Shown in pieces: positions 31,679 through 42,536 of a stretch of 64,000 nucleotides of DNA (its first letter is position 1; every line of letters begins with the position of its first letter). The position numbers and the translations under genes are program-made. The notes beneath the pieces were generated by a model. It saw nothing but the letters and a program-made list of their open reading frames with translations. It made no database searches and had not been told where the DNA came from. Origin of the DNA: an uncultured Bacteroidales bacterium (lineage in GTDB: Bacteria; Bacteroidota; Bacteroidia; Bacteroidales; UBA10428); contig CAZUBW010000010.1 in NCBI GenBank assembly GCA_964618645.1, forward strand, positions 282-64,281. Direction: 5' to 3'.

Positions 31679-32671
31679 ATGGCCATTTTAGCGTTTCAGA
31701 AGCCCGATAAGGTGATCATGATCGAATCGGACAATAAATTCGGTAGATTCGAATTTCGTCCGCTCGAGCCTGGTTATGGAATTACTATTGGTAATGCCCT
31801 GCGCAGGATTCTTTTATCATCACTCGAGGGCCATGCAATAACAGCTATTAAAATCGACGGGGTTGAACACGAGTTCGCCTCTATCACCGGGGTTATTGAG
31901 GATGTTGTTGAGATCATTCTCAATATCAAACAAATCCGGTTCAAAAAGCTGGTCGACGATGTGAACGATGAGAAAATCATGGTTACCCTGTCGGATCAGA
32001 CCACCTTTAAAGCCGGGGACTTAAACCGGTTCCTGAGCAACTTTGAGGTGCTTAACCCCGAACTGGTTATCTGTAACATGGAAAAAGACGTGGAACTTCG
32101 CATGGAATTCCATATCAACAAAGGTCGTGGTTACGTGCCTGCCGAAGAAAACAAGCCTTTTGATGCTGAATTCGGCCTTGTTGCCATCGACTCCATTTAT
32201 ACCCCCATCAAGAATGTGAAGTTTTCGGTTGAAAACTACCGTGTGGAGCAAAAAACCGACTATGAAAAGCTCTTGCTGGAGATAACCACCGATGGATCTA
32301 TCCATCCGAAAGATGCGCTGAAAGAAGCTGCTAAAATCCTTATCTATCACTTCATGCTGTTTTCCGATGAGAAGATTACCCTCGATTCGGAAGAAAGAGC
32401 AGCCAATGAAGAGTTTGACGAGGAAGTGCTGCATATGCGCCAGTTACTGAAAACCAAGCTTGTCGATCTCGACCTGTCTGTCAGGGCGCTCAACTGCCTT
32501 AAAGCTGCTGAGGTTGAAACACTGGGGGACCTGGTAAAGTTCAACAAAAACGACCTGCTGAAATTCAGGAACTTTGGTAAGAAATCGCTTACCGAACTTG
32601 ACGAATTGCTCGAAAACATGAATCTTTCATTCGGTATGGACATCGTCAAGTATAAACTCGACAAGGACTAA
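31679..32671 (+). CDS. rpoA: DNA-directed RNA polymerase subunit alpha
   Basis: [21 protein letters not shown], and a C-terminal domain with [22 protein letters not shown]. Confidence 0.98.
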   Translation: MAILAFQKPDKVIMIESDNKFGRFEFRPLEPGYGITIGNALRRILLSSLEGHAITAIKIDGVEHEFASITGVIEDVVEIILNIKQIRFKKLVDDVNDEKIMVTLSDQTTFKAGDLNRFLSNFEVLNPELVICNMEKDVELRMEFHINKGRGYVPAEENKPFDAEFGLVAIDSIYTPIKNVKFSVENYRVEQKTDYEKLLLEITTDGSIHPKDALKEAAKILIYHFMLFSDEKITLDSEERAANEEFDEEVLHMRQLLKTKLVDLDLSVRALNCLKAAEVETLGDLVKFNKNDLLKFRNFGKKSLTELDELLENMNLSFGMDIVKYKLDKD

Positions 32672-32722
32672 TCAACACCCGAAGGAATAAAAAATATCCA
32701 TTGATTTAATTTACGGATTACC

Positions 32723-33316
32723 ATGCGACATAATAATGCAAAGAATAATTTAGGACGAAAAAGCGCACACCGCAAAGCCATGCTATCCAATATGGCTTCT
32801 TCACTGATCCTTCACAAGCGCATAAAAACCACAACCGCCAAAGCAAAGGCCCTGCGTATTTTTATTGAGCCCATACTTACACGCTCAAAAGAAGACAGTA
32901 CCCATTCACGCCGGTTTGCTTTTTCATACCTGCAGGACAAAGATGCCGTTACTACGCTTTTCAGGGAAGTATCCCCCAAGATTACCGATCGTCCGGGTGG
33001 CTATACCCGTATACTGAAGATCGGAAGTCGTGTGGGTGACGCCGCTGATATGTGTTTTATTGAGCTTGTCGACTTTAACGAAGCCATGCTGGGTGCTGCT
33101 GCCGCTGCTGATAGCAAAACAACACGCCGCAGCCGCAGGGGATCGAAAAAGAAAGCCGAAGGCGAGGAAGCAGCTAAACCCGTTAAAGCTGCCGGAGAAA
33201 AAGAAGTAAAAGCCAAAAAGGCAGCTCCCAAAGCAGCTGAAGAAGAAAAGCAGGCCGGCGACGCCGCTGCTGAACCTTCACCTGAAAACCAGGACGAAGC
33301 TACCGGTAAAGAATAA
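32723..33316 (+). CDS. rplQ: 50S ribosomal protein L17 with Ala/Lys/Glu-rich C-terminal tail (197 aa)
   Basis: [21 protein letters not shown] and GGYTRILK motifs. The last roughly 75 aa are low-complexity A/K/E. Confidence 0.97.
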   Translation: MRHNNAKNNLGRKSAHRKAMLSNMASSLILHKRIKTTTAKAKALRIFIEPILTRSKEDSTHSRRFAFSYLQDKDAVTTLFREVSPKITDRPGGYTRILKIGSRVGDAADMCFIELVDFNEAMLGAAAAADSKTTRRSRRGSKKKAEGEEAAKPVKAAGEKEVKAKKAAPKAAEEEKQAGDAAAEPSPENQDEATGKE

Positions 33317-34636
<1,320 letters not shown>

Positions 34637-34670
34637 TCGCCAACAGGAAAAAACCTGTTTAAACCATAAT

Positions 34671-34712
34671 AAGCCCTGCAAGCGGATAAAACCCTTGCAG
34701 GGCTTTTTTTTT
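34671..34712 (+). terminator. intrinsic terminator after eno
   Basis: 12-bp stem AAGCCCTGCAAG/CTTGCAGGGCTT with an 11-nt loop, followed by a T9 run. It begins 35 nt after the eno stop. Confidence 0.8.
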
Positions 34713-34771
34713 CATGCTTTTTGTGCGTAACTTTAAACAAAACAATTGTATAGGTGTTGAATAAGAGGCTA

Positions 34772-34896
34772 GAATAGGGACAAGGGACAAGGGACGAGTA
34801 GCAGCGGCAGTAGCAGCGGCAGTCAGTATCCAGTATCCAGCACCCAGCACCCAGCCCCCAGTATCCAGCACCCAGCACCCAGCACCCAGCATCCAG
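34772..34896 (+). repeat. modular heptamer-repeat intergenic element, copy C
   Basis: GAATAGGGACAA boundary, (GGGACRA)x3, (TAGCAGCGGCAG)x2, then 11 CCAGYAY-type 7-mers ending CCAGCATCCAG. It lies between the eno terminator and gltA. Confidence 0.85.
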
Positions 34897-34926
34897 TAAT
34901 CATTTAACCTTCAAATTCCAAACTCC

Positions 34927-36246
34927 ATGGCCGGATTAAAAGAAACACTCTACGAAAAAATACAGGCCTGGCGGCCGAGAATTAAAAACCTGCTCGATGA
35001 GCACAGTGATGTGGTGGTAGATACCGTTACCATTGGCAAACTCATTGGAGGTATGCGCGACCTCAAATGCCTGGTAACCGATATTTCATACCTCGATCCA
35101 AACGAAGGTATCCGCTACCGGAATTTTACACTCCCCGAACTTTTTAAAAAACTGCCAAAACCCAAAGGTGCCGAAATGCCTTACGTCGAGGGCGTGTTTT
35201 ACCTGCTGCTGACAGGTGATCTTCCTACCCAGGAGAACGTGAGCGATGTGCTTGATGAGTTTAAAAAACGACGGATTTTACCCAGGTATATAATCGAAAT
35301 CATTGATGCTTTTCCAAAGGGGGCGCACCCGATGACTATTTTTTCCGCAGCCATTCTGGCCATGCACCGGGAGTCGTTTTTTGCCCGGAAATACGATGCA
35401 GGGATCAATAAACACGATTACTGGGAACCTACCTACGAGGATGCCATGAACCTCCTGGCAAAGCTTCCTGAAATTGCTGCCTGTATTTACCATAAGCTCT
35501 ACCGCGAAGGAAAACGCGAATTTTCTGATCCCAATCTCGATATGGGGGCCAATTTTGCCCATATGTTGGCGAAAGGAAAGCCTTACGACGATGTTTCGCG
35601 TATGCACTTCATATTGCACAGCGATCACGAAAGTGGAAACGTAAGCGCCCATACCGGGCACCTGGTAGCCAGTTCGCTTTCAGATATCTACCTTTCGATT
35701 TCATCCATGATAAACGGCCTGGCAGGTCCCCTTCACGGTCTGGCCAACCAGGAAGTACTGCGATGGCTCCATGATATAATGGAAAAAATGGGCGGTGAAG
35801 TACCCACCGAAAATGAAATGAAACAGTTTGTGTGGGACCTGCTTAATTCAGGGCAGGTTGTTCCCGGTTTTGGACATGCTGTGTTAAGAATTACCGACCC
35901 GCGGTATACCATTCAGCGTGAATTTGCCCTGAAAAATATGGCCGATGACCCTGTTTTCAAATATGTAGATCTCCTGTATAAAGTAGTACCACCAATTCTA
36001 AAGGAACAGGGCAAGGCTAAAAACCCCTGGCCCAATGTCGACGCACATTCAGGCGCTATTCAATGGTTTTATGGCGTAAGGGAGTACGATTTTTATACGG
36101 TGTTGTTTGGCATAGGCAGGGCCATTGGCATATGTGCCAATATTATATGGGACAGGGCCCTGGGATATCCGCTCGAAAGGCCCAAATCGGTTACCACCGA
36201 AATGCTTGAGAAAATCGCCAGGGGAGAACTTCCGAATGAGGAATAG
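34927..36246 (+). CDS. gltA: citrate synthase
   Basis: Motifs HSDHESGNVSAH, GLAGPLHGLANQEV and VPGFGHAVLR. 439 aa. Confidence 0.95.
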   Translation: MAGLKETLYEKIQAWRPRIKNLLDEHSDVVVDTVTIGKLIGGMRDLKCLVTDISYLDPNEGIRYRNFTLPELFKKLPKPKGAEMPYVEGVFYLLLTGDLPTQENVSDVLDEFKKRRILPRYIIEIIDAFPKGAHPMTIFSAAILAMHRESFFARKYDAGINKHDYWEPTYEDAMNLLAKLPEIAACIYHKLYREGKREFSDPNLDMGANFAHMLAKGKPYDDVSRMHFILHSDHESGNVSAHTGHLVASSLSDIYLSISSMINGLAGPLHGLANQEVLRWLHDIMEKMGGEVPTENEMKQFVWDLLNSGQVVPGFGHAVLRITDPRYTIQREFALKNMADDPVFKYVDLLYKVVPPILKEQGKAKNPWPNVDAHSGAIQWFYGVREYDFYTVLFGIGRAIGICANIIWDRALGYPLERPKSVTTEMLEKIARGELPNEE

Positions 36247-36326
36247 GCCGTTTTTTTCAGTCCGCCTTGTTTGTTTTGTTAAATAAAATATTTTAGCTAC
36301 TTTAATGAGTTCAAACAAGCGGATTA

Positions 36327-39300
36327 ATGCGTGTACCCCGGCTGATCATCCTCGCTTTTACTGTGTTAATATACAGTTCGTTGTATTCACAGGGTTACCT
36401 GTCCCCGGAATTACTGTCGGTTGAGGATGGACTATCGTCGCGCCAGGTGAACTGTCTTTTGCCTGATGACCAGGGATACCTTTGGGCAGGTACCATGCGT
36501 GGACTGAACCGTTATAACGGGTATCGTTTCAAGCAGTTTTTTACATCTGCCGGAACCAATATTCTCCCCGGATCACAACACATACACGCTGTAAAGTGTG
36601 GCACCGGCGGCAATATCTGGATACTGACCGATGCAGGTGTCAGTCTCTACAACGGACGAACCGGTAACATCAGGCAGTATCCGGTATCATCCCTGGATGC
36701 TGTATTCATCCCTGGTTCGCAAATGACAGATATTTCCGCGGCACCCGATGGTTCGCTGTGGTTGCTTACCGACAGGTCTCTTACGGTGCTGTCGCCCGAG
36801 GAGGTTGTGAATACCTACCTGATACCTGAGGGCATGTTGCCAAATGGAACCAAACCCACCAGTGTGACAGCTGACGCAATTGGCAACATCTGGATCGGTA
36901 CCACGCGTGGACTGCTTTTGTTCAGCTCGCAGCAAAAGGCGTTCAGGGAACTGGCAGCCGGATCCGGTCAGGGCTTGCTGAGTAACAGCCAGGTAAATTG
37001 CCTTTTTATAGGACACGATAATTACATATGGGTAGGAACCGGTAACGGCCTTAACAGGGTTGATCCGGTCGACCTGACTTTCAGTCACTTTTATCCTGCC
37101 GGAACACCGGGTATACAACCCCTGAATAATGTGGTGGATGTGTCCGGTGCCGAAACCGGCTCGCTGGTACTGGCAACCGGAGCCGGTTTGGTGAGCTTTG
37201 ACCCGGCCGACGATTTTTTCGAAAATATTTATGTGACAAACGAACATGCATTTTCTGCTGTGGCGGTTGATTCCACGGGCATTATCTGGGGCGCTACCAA
37301 CCAGGGCATCGTTAAAATCCGCAGGGCAAAACTAACTGTCAGGAATGTTGTGGCAAAGGCCGGAACCACCGGGTTACAGGATAGTCATATAAAAGTCATC
37401 GGAAGAGGTTTGGGCAATGAGATCTTCATTGGTTATGAAAAAGGCGGATTCAGCGTTCTTGATGCACGCACCATTGCAGGTTCGTTTTTCAAAACAATCG
37501 ACGGTAGCGCGGTTGTGCAGTTCAGCCATTTCAGGCAGCAGGATTACCTGGTACTTACAGAGCACGACATTGAAATTTACCGGCCGGGTAGCAGCGCCCG
37601 CATGAGCCTGTTTTCGAGATATTCGTTTTTGCGTAAGGAATTGGTTGAGAAAACCAGGCTTAACTGTTTTTATTACGACAATGAAAATGTTTTGTGGCTG
37701 GGAACTTCCGATGGGCTGCAACAGGTAAGGTTTGATTCGTCGAAACATACAGCCAGGCAGTCACTGGTTTACCAGGGTCAGCAATCGAGGATTGGTGCTG
37801 TTTATGCCATTGGTGAAGATCCATTGGGAAATATCTGGCTGGGAACCGAAGAAGGATTAGTATTTTATAACCCCGTCAAGGGAAATTATAACCGGTATAC
37901 GCCTTACGATGTAAACCTGCTCAATACTGAGCGGAAGGCTGTATATTGTCTTTTGCGCGATAAAGGCGGAATTTTCTGGCTGGGTACATCCGGTGGAGCT
38001 TACCGTTTTGACGCGGATACCAGGGAGTTTACTGCTGTTACCGAAGATCCCAACCTGATGAGTTCGTCGGTACAGGCTTTAGCGCTTGATGGTTACAGCA
38101 ACCTGTGGATCGGTACCGAAAACGGCTTGTATTATTACCTGCGGAATTCGGGTAAGGTAAAATTGTACGACCTGAAAGACGGCCTGTTGAACGATTTTCA
38201 TACTGCTATTGCCGCTGATCCGGTAAACAGGCTGTTTCTTGCCGGGCCGAACGGATTATCGGTTGTTACACTGGCCGATACTGTACCTTCAGCAAGAATC
38301 CCCCAGGTTGCCATAACCGCTATCCGGTATATCGACAACAATCCGGCCAGCCAGGAACTTTATCACCAGGTACCCGATACCATTGTGCTTCCCTGGAAAC
38401 GAAGGCCATTACAGGTTGAATTTGCTGTACTGGACTTTTCGCGACCCGGAAATAACCAGTTTCGTTACCGCTTTGGAAAACCTGGACGCGATTTGCCCTG
38501 GAATCATTTGGGAACGCAAAACAGCGTAACCCTCGATAAACTGGTTCCCGGCAAGTACCTGCTTAATGTAACCGGGGCCAATGCCGACCAGGTTTGGAAT
38601 AATTCCGGTCAGACGCTGATTATTGTGGTGGAGGCTCCTTACTGGCGGTCAAAAATTGGGCTCGCTGTCATTACCCTTGTTTCTTTATTTTTAATATTTA
38701 TTTTCCTGCGATTCTGGGTACGGCAGTTTTTTAACCTGAGTCGCGAAAACCAGGAACGGGAAACTTATGCCAGGCAGATTATGTCGCAGAAAGAGGAACT
38801 TACCCTGAAGAACAAGGCCATCACCGACAGTATAAACTATGCCAAGCGTATTCAGACGGCCATGTTACCTCCGTATAAGCTGTTTAAGTCGATTTTTCCT
38901 TCGTCGTTTATTTTGTTTATGCCCAAAGACATTGTCAGTGGAGATTTTTACTGGATACATAAGGTGGGTTCCAAAATTTTCATTGCCGCAGTGGATTGCA
39001 CGGGTCATGGCGTTCCGGGCGCTTTTATGTCCATTATCGGGTTTGAGCTGTTCCGGAAAATAACCAATATTGAGGGACTCACCAGGCCGTCGGATATTCT
39101 GAACCGGCTCAACGACGATTTCCACGAAATATTTAAAGATGTAGACAATGTAGTGCTGCGCGACGGGATGGATGTTGCCTTTTGCTCTATTGACAAGAAA
39201 GACATGATACTGGAATTTGCCGGCGCTTTTAATCCGCTTTACCTGATAAGAGACAACAAAATAACCGAAATCAAAGGTGACAGGTTTGCCATTGGACTTG

Positions 39301-39578
39301 ACGAAACCAATTTTAAGGAGCAGACATTTAAGAATCACATCATACCCTTGCAGAAAAATGACATTTTTTACATTTTTTCCGATGGATTCGCGGATCAGTT
39401 CGGGGGGCCCGATGGCAAAAAATACAAATACCGCCGTTTCAGGCACTTGTTGCTGAACCTTCATCAGTTGCCCATGGAAAAGCAACACGAGATACTCGAA
39501 AACAATGTTATGGAGTGGCGGGGTGAACAGGACCAGGTAGATGATATCCTGGTCATTGGTGTTAAGGTCGACTTTTGA
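36327..39578 (+). CDS. sensor protein: two-component-regulator beta-propeller repeats + Y_Y_Y-like domain + TM + SpoIIE/PP2C phosphatase
   Basis: Signal peptide. Many repeats of the form LWIGTxxGL / W(L/V)GTxxGL. An immunoglobulin-like segment (QFRYRFG...W) precedes a TM helix (IGLAVITLVSLFLIFIFL). The C-terminus has GDFYW...AAVDCTGHGVPGAFMS...SDGFADQFGG...DDILVIGV, typical of SpoIIE. Confidence 0.88.
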   Translation: MRVPRLIILAFTVLIYSSLYSQGYLSPELLSVEDGLSSRQVNCLLPDDQGYLWAGTMRGLNRYNGYRFKQFFTSAGTNILPGSQHIHAVKCGTGGNIWILTDAGVSLYNGRTGNIRQYPVSSLDAVFIPGSQMTDISAAPDGSLWLLTDRSLTVLSPEEVVNTYLIPEGMLPNGTKPTSVTADAIGNIWIGTTRGLLLFSSQQKAFRELAAGSGQGLLSNSQVNCLFIGHDNYIWVGTGNGLNRVDPVDLTFSHFYPAGTPGIQPLNNVVDVSGAETGSLVLATGAGLVSFDPADDFFENIYVTNEHAFSAVAVDSTGIIWGATNQGIVKIRRAKLTVRNVVAKAGTTGLQDSHIKVIGRGLGNEIFIGYEKGGFSVLDARTIAGSFFKTIDGSAVVQFSHFRQQDYLVLTEHDIEIYRPGSSARMSLFSRYSFLRKELVEKTRLNCFYYDNENVLWLGTSDGLQQVRFDSSKHTARQSLVYQGQQSRIGAVYAIGEDPLGNIWLGTEEGLVFYNPVKGNYNRYTPYDVNLLNTERKAVYCLLRDKGGIFWLGTSGGAYRFDADTREFTAVTEDPNLMSSSVQALALDGYSNLWIGTENGLYYYLRNSGKVKLYDLKDGLLNDFHTAIAADPVNRLFLAGPNGLSVVTLADTVPSARIPQVAITAIRYIDNNPASQELYHQVPDTIVLPWKRRPLQVEFAVLDFSRPGNNQFRYRFGKPGRDLPWNHLGTQNSVTLDKLVPGKYLLNVTGANADQVWNNSGQTLIIVVEAPYWRSKIGLAVITLVSLFLIFIFLRFWVRQFFNLSRENQERETYARQIMSQKEELTLKNKAITDSINYAKRIQTAMLPPYKLFKSIFPSSFILFMPKDIVSGDFYWIHKVGSKIFIAAVDCTGHGVPGAFMSIIGFELFRKITNIEGLTRPSDILNRLNDDFHEIFKDVDNVVLRDGMDVAFCSIDKKDMILEFAGAFNPLYLIRDNKITEIKGDRFAIGLDETNFKEQTFKNHIIPLQKNDIFYIFSDGFADQFGGPDGKKYKYRRFRHLLLNLHQLPMEKQHEILENNVMEWRGEQDQVDDILVIGVKVDF

Positions 39579-39586
39579 TTCTACTG

Positions 39587-41365
39587 TTACCCTTCGAGCA
39601 ATACTTTCATTTTATTCACCAGTACTTCAACCTGGAAAGGTTTGCTGATATAGTCGTTCATTCCGGCTGCCAGGCAGGTTTCTTTATCGCCCGAAAGGGC
39701 ATTGGCGGTTATGGCTATAATAGGGGTCTGTGTGTTGGTAGTGGCCTCGAGCTCCCTTATCTTTTTGGTAGCCGCAATACCGTTGATCACGGGCATTTGT
39801 ATATCCATGAGCACCAGGTGGTACTTGCTGGTTCCGAATTTGTCCAGCGCGTCTTTCCCGTTATTGGCTATATCAATGTTTTTTACATGGTTTTTCAGGC
39901 TGAGAATAATGATCTTCTGGTTGATGGCATTGTCCTCCACCAGTAATATATTGGCATTTTTCAGCTCTACCTTGTTCTTTTGCTGCAATAACTGGGCTGT
40001 GTCTTTGTCAATTTCGGGTTTTGGTGTACCCGATATTCCCTTTTTCAGGGTAAGATCGAATTGCAGCAAAGTAAGCGCGTCGGCTTGTTTAATTTCGAGT
40101 TCACTGCCGTATGATTCAATTATTTTTTTGGCAATGGTAAAATCTATGAAGTAATCGTCGGGTTGGTATGAGCCTTCTTTAATCTGCTGTGCGTCGGGCC
40201 GCTTGTAGTAATTTCCGAATTCGTCCGATTCGAGCTGAAACTGCGGACACCTGATCCTGAAAAGCAAGTCGGTTTGGTTTTCAGCGTCGCTGTTAACCTC
40301 TATTTCAATGTCAACGACCAGTTTTCCGGCCGGATTGGCTTTGATAATGTTTTCGATAATATTGAGAAAAATCTGCTTAATGCGTATGGGATCGCCGATA
40401 TATTGCGTTTTAATGCTTTTGGAAATCCGGGTGTTGATTTCAAGCCGGTCTTTGTGTTGATCGCGGAAGAGCTTGAGGGTGTTGTCAATTGACGAATACA
40501 GGTCGAAACTCACCTGGCTGCCCAGTTCTTTTTCGATTTTTACTTCCGAAACCTTGCCAATGTTATTGACCACGTTGATGAGGTTAATGGTCGATGCCAG
40601 TATGGTGTCAAATAAATCGCGATGTTCCTCATCGAGTTTTGCCTTGTTCACCAAATTGGATACTACCGTGAGGTTATTCAGCGGGGTTCTGATCTGGTGG
40701 GATAATTTCGACAGAAACTCATCTTTTTGCCGGGTTTCGTTCTTCGATTCGATAATGGTTCTTTCCATTACCGTATAATTATGCAATTTCAAAAATTCAT
40801 TCAGGTATACCAGCAGGTGTATGCCGACATAGGCACCCAACAACCTGATCACCTGCTGGGTGGGATAAATATTAGCCACCTGCAGTTTCTGCTGGAAAGC
40901 AAAAAAGGCAATGGAAGCGACAAAAACAAGGAAAGATATCAGGTTACCACGGCTCAGGCCAAACAGGGGAATGGAGAAGGCCGGGAAAACAAGAAGCCAG
41001 TATATACCCAGTCCTGTTGTGCCACCTGTATAAAGCAGGTAAAACAGTACTATTACCGAGGTGATGGTGAGCAGTAACCTGGTGGTTCGCTGTTTGCCGG
41101 TAACAAGCATAAAAGTCAGAATAAGTGCAAGCACCACGGTGGTGGAAAGCAAAAACCATCCCAATGCATAATTTTCATTCACAAAAGCCAGCACGCCATA
41201 TAACAGGGCAAACACCAGCGCGGCAATATTGATGAAGTGAATGATCAGCAATTTATTGATTACATCCAGATCAGCTTGTTGCTCAAGTCTTTTCATAAGC
41301 CTGGCCAGGAAATGGTAAAGCGGATTCATCAGGTAAAACGGATTAAAAGATATGACGGTATCCAA
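39587..41365 (-). CDS. hybrid sensor histidine kinase/response regulator with divergent ATPase domain
   Basis: N-terminal multi-TM region. H-box FLSKLSHQIRTPLNNL. N-box-like GDPIRIKQIFLNIIENIIKAN. C-terminal receiver ILLVEDNAINQ...LVLMDIQMP...ISKP. I could not find G1/G2 glycine boxes. Confidence 0.85.
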   Translation of the reverse strand: MDTVISFNPFYLMNPLYHFLARLMKRLEQQADLDVINKLLIIHFINIAALVFALLYGVLAFVNENYALGWFLLSTTVVLALILTFMLVTGKQRTTRLLLTITSVIVLFYLLYTGGTTGLGIYWLLVFPAFSIPLFGLSRGNLISFLVFVASIAFFAFQQKLQVANIYPTQQVIRLLGAYVGIHLLVYLNEFLKLHNYTVMERTIIESKNETRQKDEFLSKLSHQIRTPLNNLTVVSNLVNKAKLDEEHRDLFDTILASTINLINVVNNIGKVSEVKIEKELGSQVSFDLYSSIDNTLKLFRDQHKDRLEINTRISKSIKTQYIGDPIRIKQIFLNIIENIIKANPAGKLVVDIEIEVNSDAENQTDLLFRIRCPQFQLESDEFGNYYKRPDAQQIKEGSYQPDDYFIDFTIAKKIIESYGSELEIKQADALTLLQFDLTLKKGISGTPKPEIDKDTAQLLQQKNKVELKNANILLVEDNAINQKIIILSLKNHVKNIDIANNGKDALDKFGTSKYHLVLMDIQMPVINGIAATKKIRELEATTNTQTPIIAITANALSGDKETCLAAGMNDYISKPFQVEVLVNKMKVLLEG

Positions 41366-41532
41366 AGTGCTTAATCGCTGAGTTAAATATAGTAATATTT
41401 TTTCGATTCGGAATGCAGGCCAGCTGATTCCGGATACCGGGTTTTTACGAAAGATTGCCCCGCCTGACTTGCATCTGCCGGGTGGTCAGTTATTCAGGAA
41501 TGCCGGCGATGGTGGCTTAGAGTAAATTCTTA

Positions 41533-41748
41533 TTATTCAAATTCCTCGCTAATCAGAAATATTTCTTCAACAGGTACATTGAAGTATTTTGCCACCTTAA
41601 TGGCCAGTATTACGGAAGGGATAAACCGGCCGTTTTCAATGGTGTTGATAGTTTTTCTGGTTACATTAACCTGAAAGGCAAGTTCTTCCTGGGTAATGCT
41701 GCTGGCACTGCGAAATTCCCTGATTTTATTCGTTAGTTTTGTTGTCAT
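41533..41748 (-). CDS. XRE-family helix-turn-helix transcriptional regulator (71 aa)
   Basis: ITQEELAFQVNVTRKTINTIENGRFIPSVILAIKVAKYFNVPVEEIF is a classic HTH_3 pattern. It overlaps the upstream membrane-protein gene by 23 nt. Confidence 0.88.
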   Translation of the reverse strand: MTTKLTNKIREFRSASSITQEELAFQVNVTRKTINTIENGRFIPSVILAIKVAKYFNVPVEEIFLISEEFE

Positions 41749-42190
41749 CGGTTGAGTTGTGGTTATAAATTAATCCGGCAACAAGACTTGCAAGAACACC
41801 GGTATAAAGCGTTATCAGGCATGCCAGTTTTGCAGAAATGTCGAAAAAATAAGAAAGCGGAAGCAGGGCAAGCAGGCAAAAGGTGAAGCTCCAGAAACCC
41901 CAGGCAAGAGCCTTGTTCCGGTATAACTGAAACAATTCGTTGTTTAGTGCTTCATTGAATTTGCTGTTTCTGATTTTGCTTGATAAGCGTATAAATCTTG
42001 TAAGAACAATTGCCAACAACACAAGAGAAACCAAACCAATCATGGCTTGAATAAAATCGAGAATAAAGTTCGTTTTGCTGAACAGTTCCTTCACAATAAA
42101 AAGCCCGAACCAAATGGCCCAGCAAACAGTAACATACATAACCAGCCGGTAACGTTGGTTTTCGAGTTGATCGATGGTGGATGTTTTCAT
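41726..42190 (-). CDS. small integral membrane protein (4 TM), co-operonic with the XRE regulator
   Basis: Four hydrophobic helices. The gene pair resembles the widespread membrane-protein + small-HTH two-gene modules. The family assignment is uncertain. Confidence 0.65.
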   Translation of the reverse strand: MKTSTIDQLENQRYRLVMYVTVCWAIWFGLFIVKELFSKTNFILDFIQAMIGLVSLVLLAIVLTRFIRLSSKIRNSKFNEALNNELFQLYRNKALAWGFWSFTFCLLALLPLSYFFDISAKLACLITLYTGVLASLVAGLIYNHNSTDDNKTNE

Positions 42191-42204
42191 AGCTTAATTT
42201 TAAA

Positions 42205-42222
42205 TGTAACCTATAGGTTACA
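42205..42222. promoter_or_regulatory. perfect 18-bp palindrome, candidate operator of the XRE regulator
   Basis: TGTAACCTATAGGTTACA is a 9+9 perfect inverted repeat. It starts 15 nt upstream of the membrane-protein ATG (42190, minus strand). Confidence 0.5.
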
Positions 42223-42511
42223 AATATATAACAAATAATGAAATAGATATAGTTAGATTAAAAGTATGTGTTTGGGACTAAAATCTTGGCTATCGCCCTT
42301 CAGGGCTTTTAATGATTAACTTTTGCAAGCAAAAAATGTATGATTATTACAAGGAGTGAAATAGCCGATATACTGAGGATATAAAAACATGTTAATTATT
42401 GAATATCCTCTGTGTTGCAACTTTTAGCTTGATGGCTGTGAGCATTATCGTGGCCCGATTTTTGACAATGGAATTTAGCAAGGTGCTTGTTGGCAAGTAC
42501 TGAAAATAGCC

Positions 42512-42519
42512 TATTTTTG
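42512..42519 (+). promoter_or_regulatory. candidate -7 promoter box (TATTTTTG)
   Basis: Exact TAnnTTTG match 17 nt upstream of the ATG at 42537. Confidence 0.4.
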
Positions 42520-42536
42520 TATTAACCATAACGGAT

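Noticed and set aside
38865-39488. 207-aa minus-strand ORF, plus 36687-37247 (186 aa) and 37374-37748 (124 aa)
   Set aside because: All are antisense to the propeller-SpoIIE gene, whose SpoIIE motifs are unambiguous on the plus strand.
39575-40154. Plus-strand ORFs of 123 and 150 aa following the phosphatase gene
   Set aside because: They are antisense to the receiver domain of the hybrid histidine kinase and have no motifs of their own.
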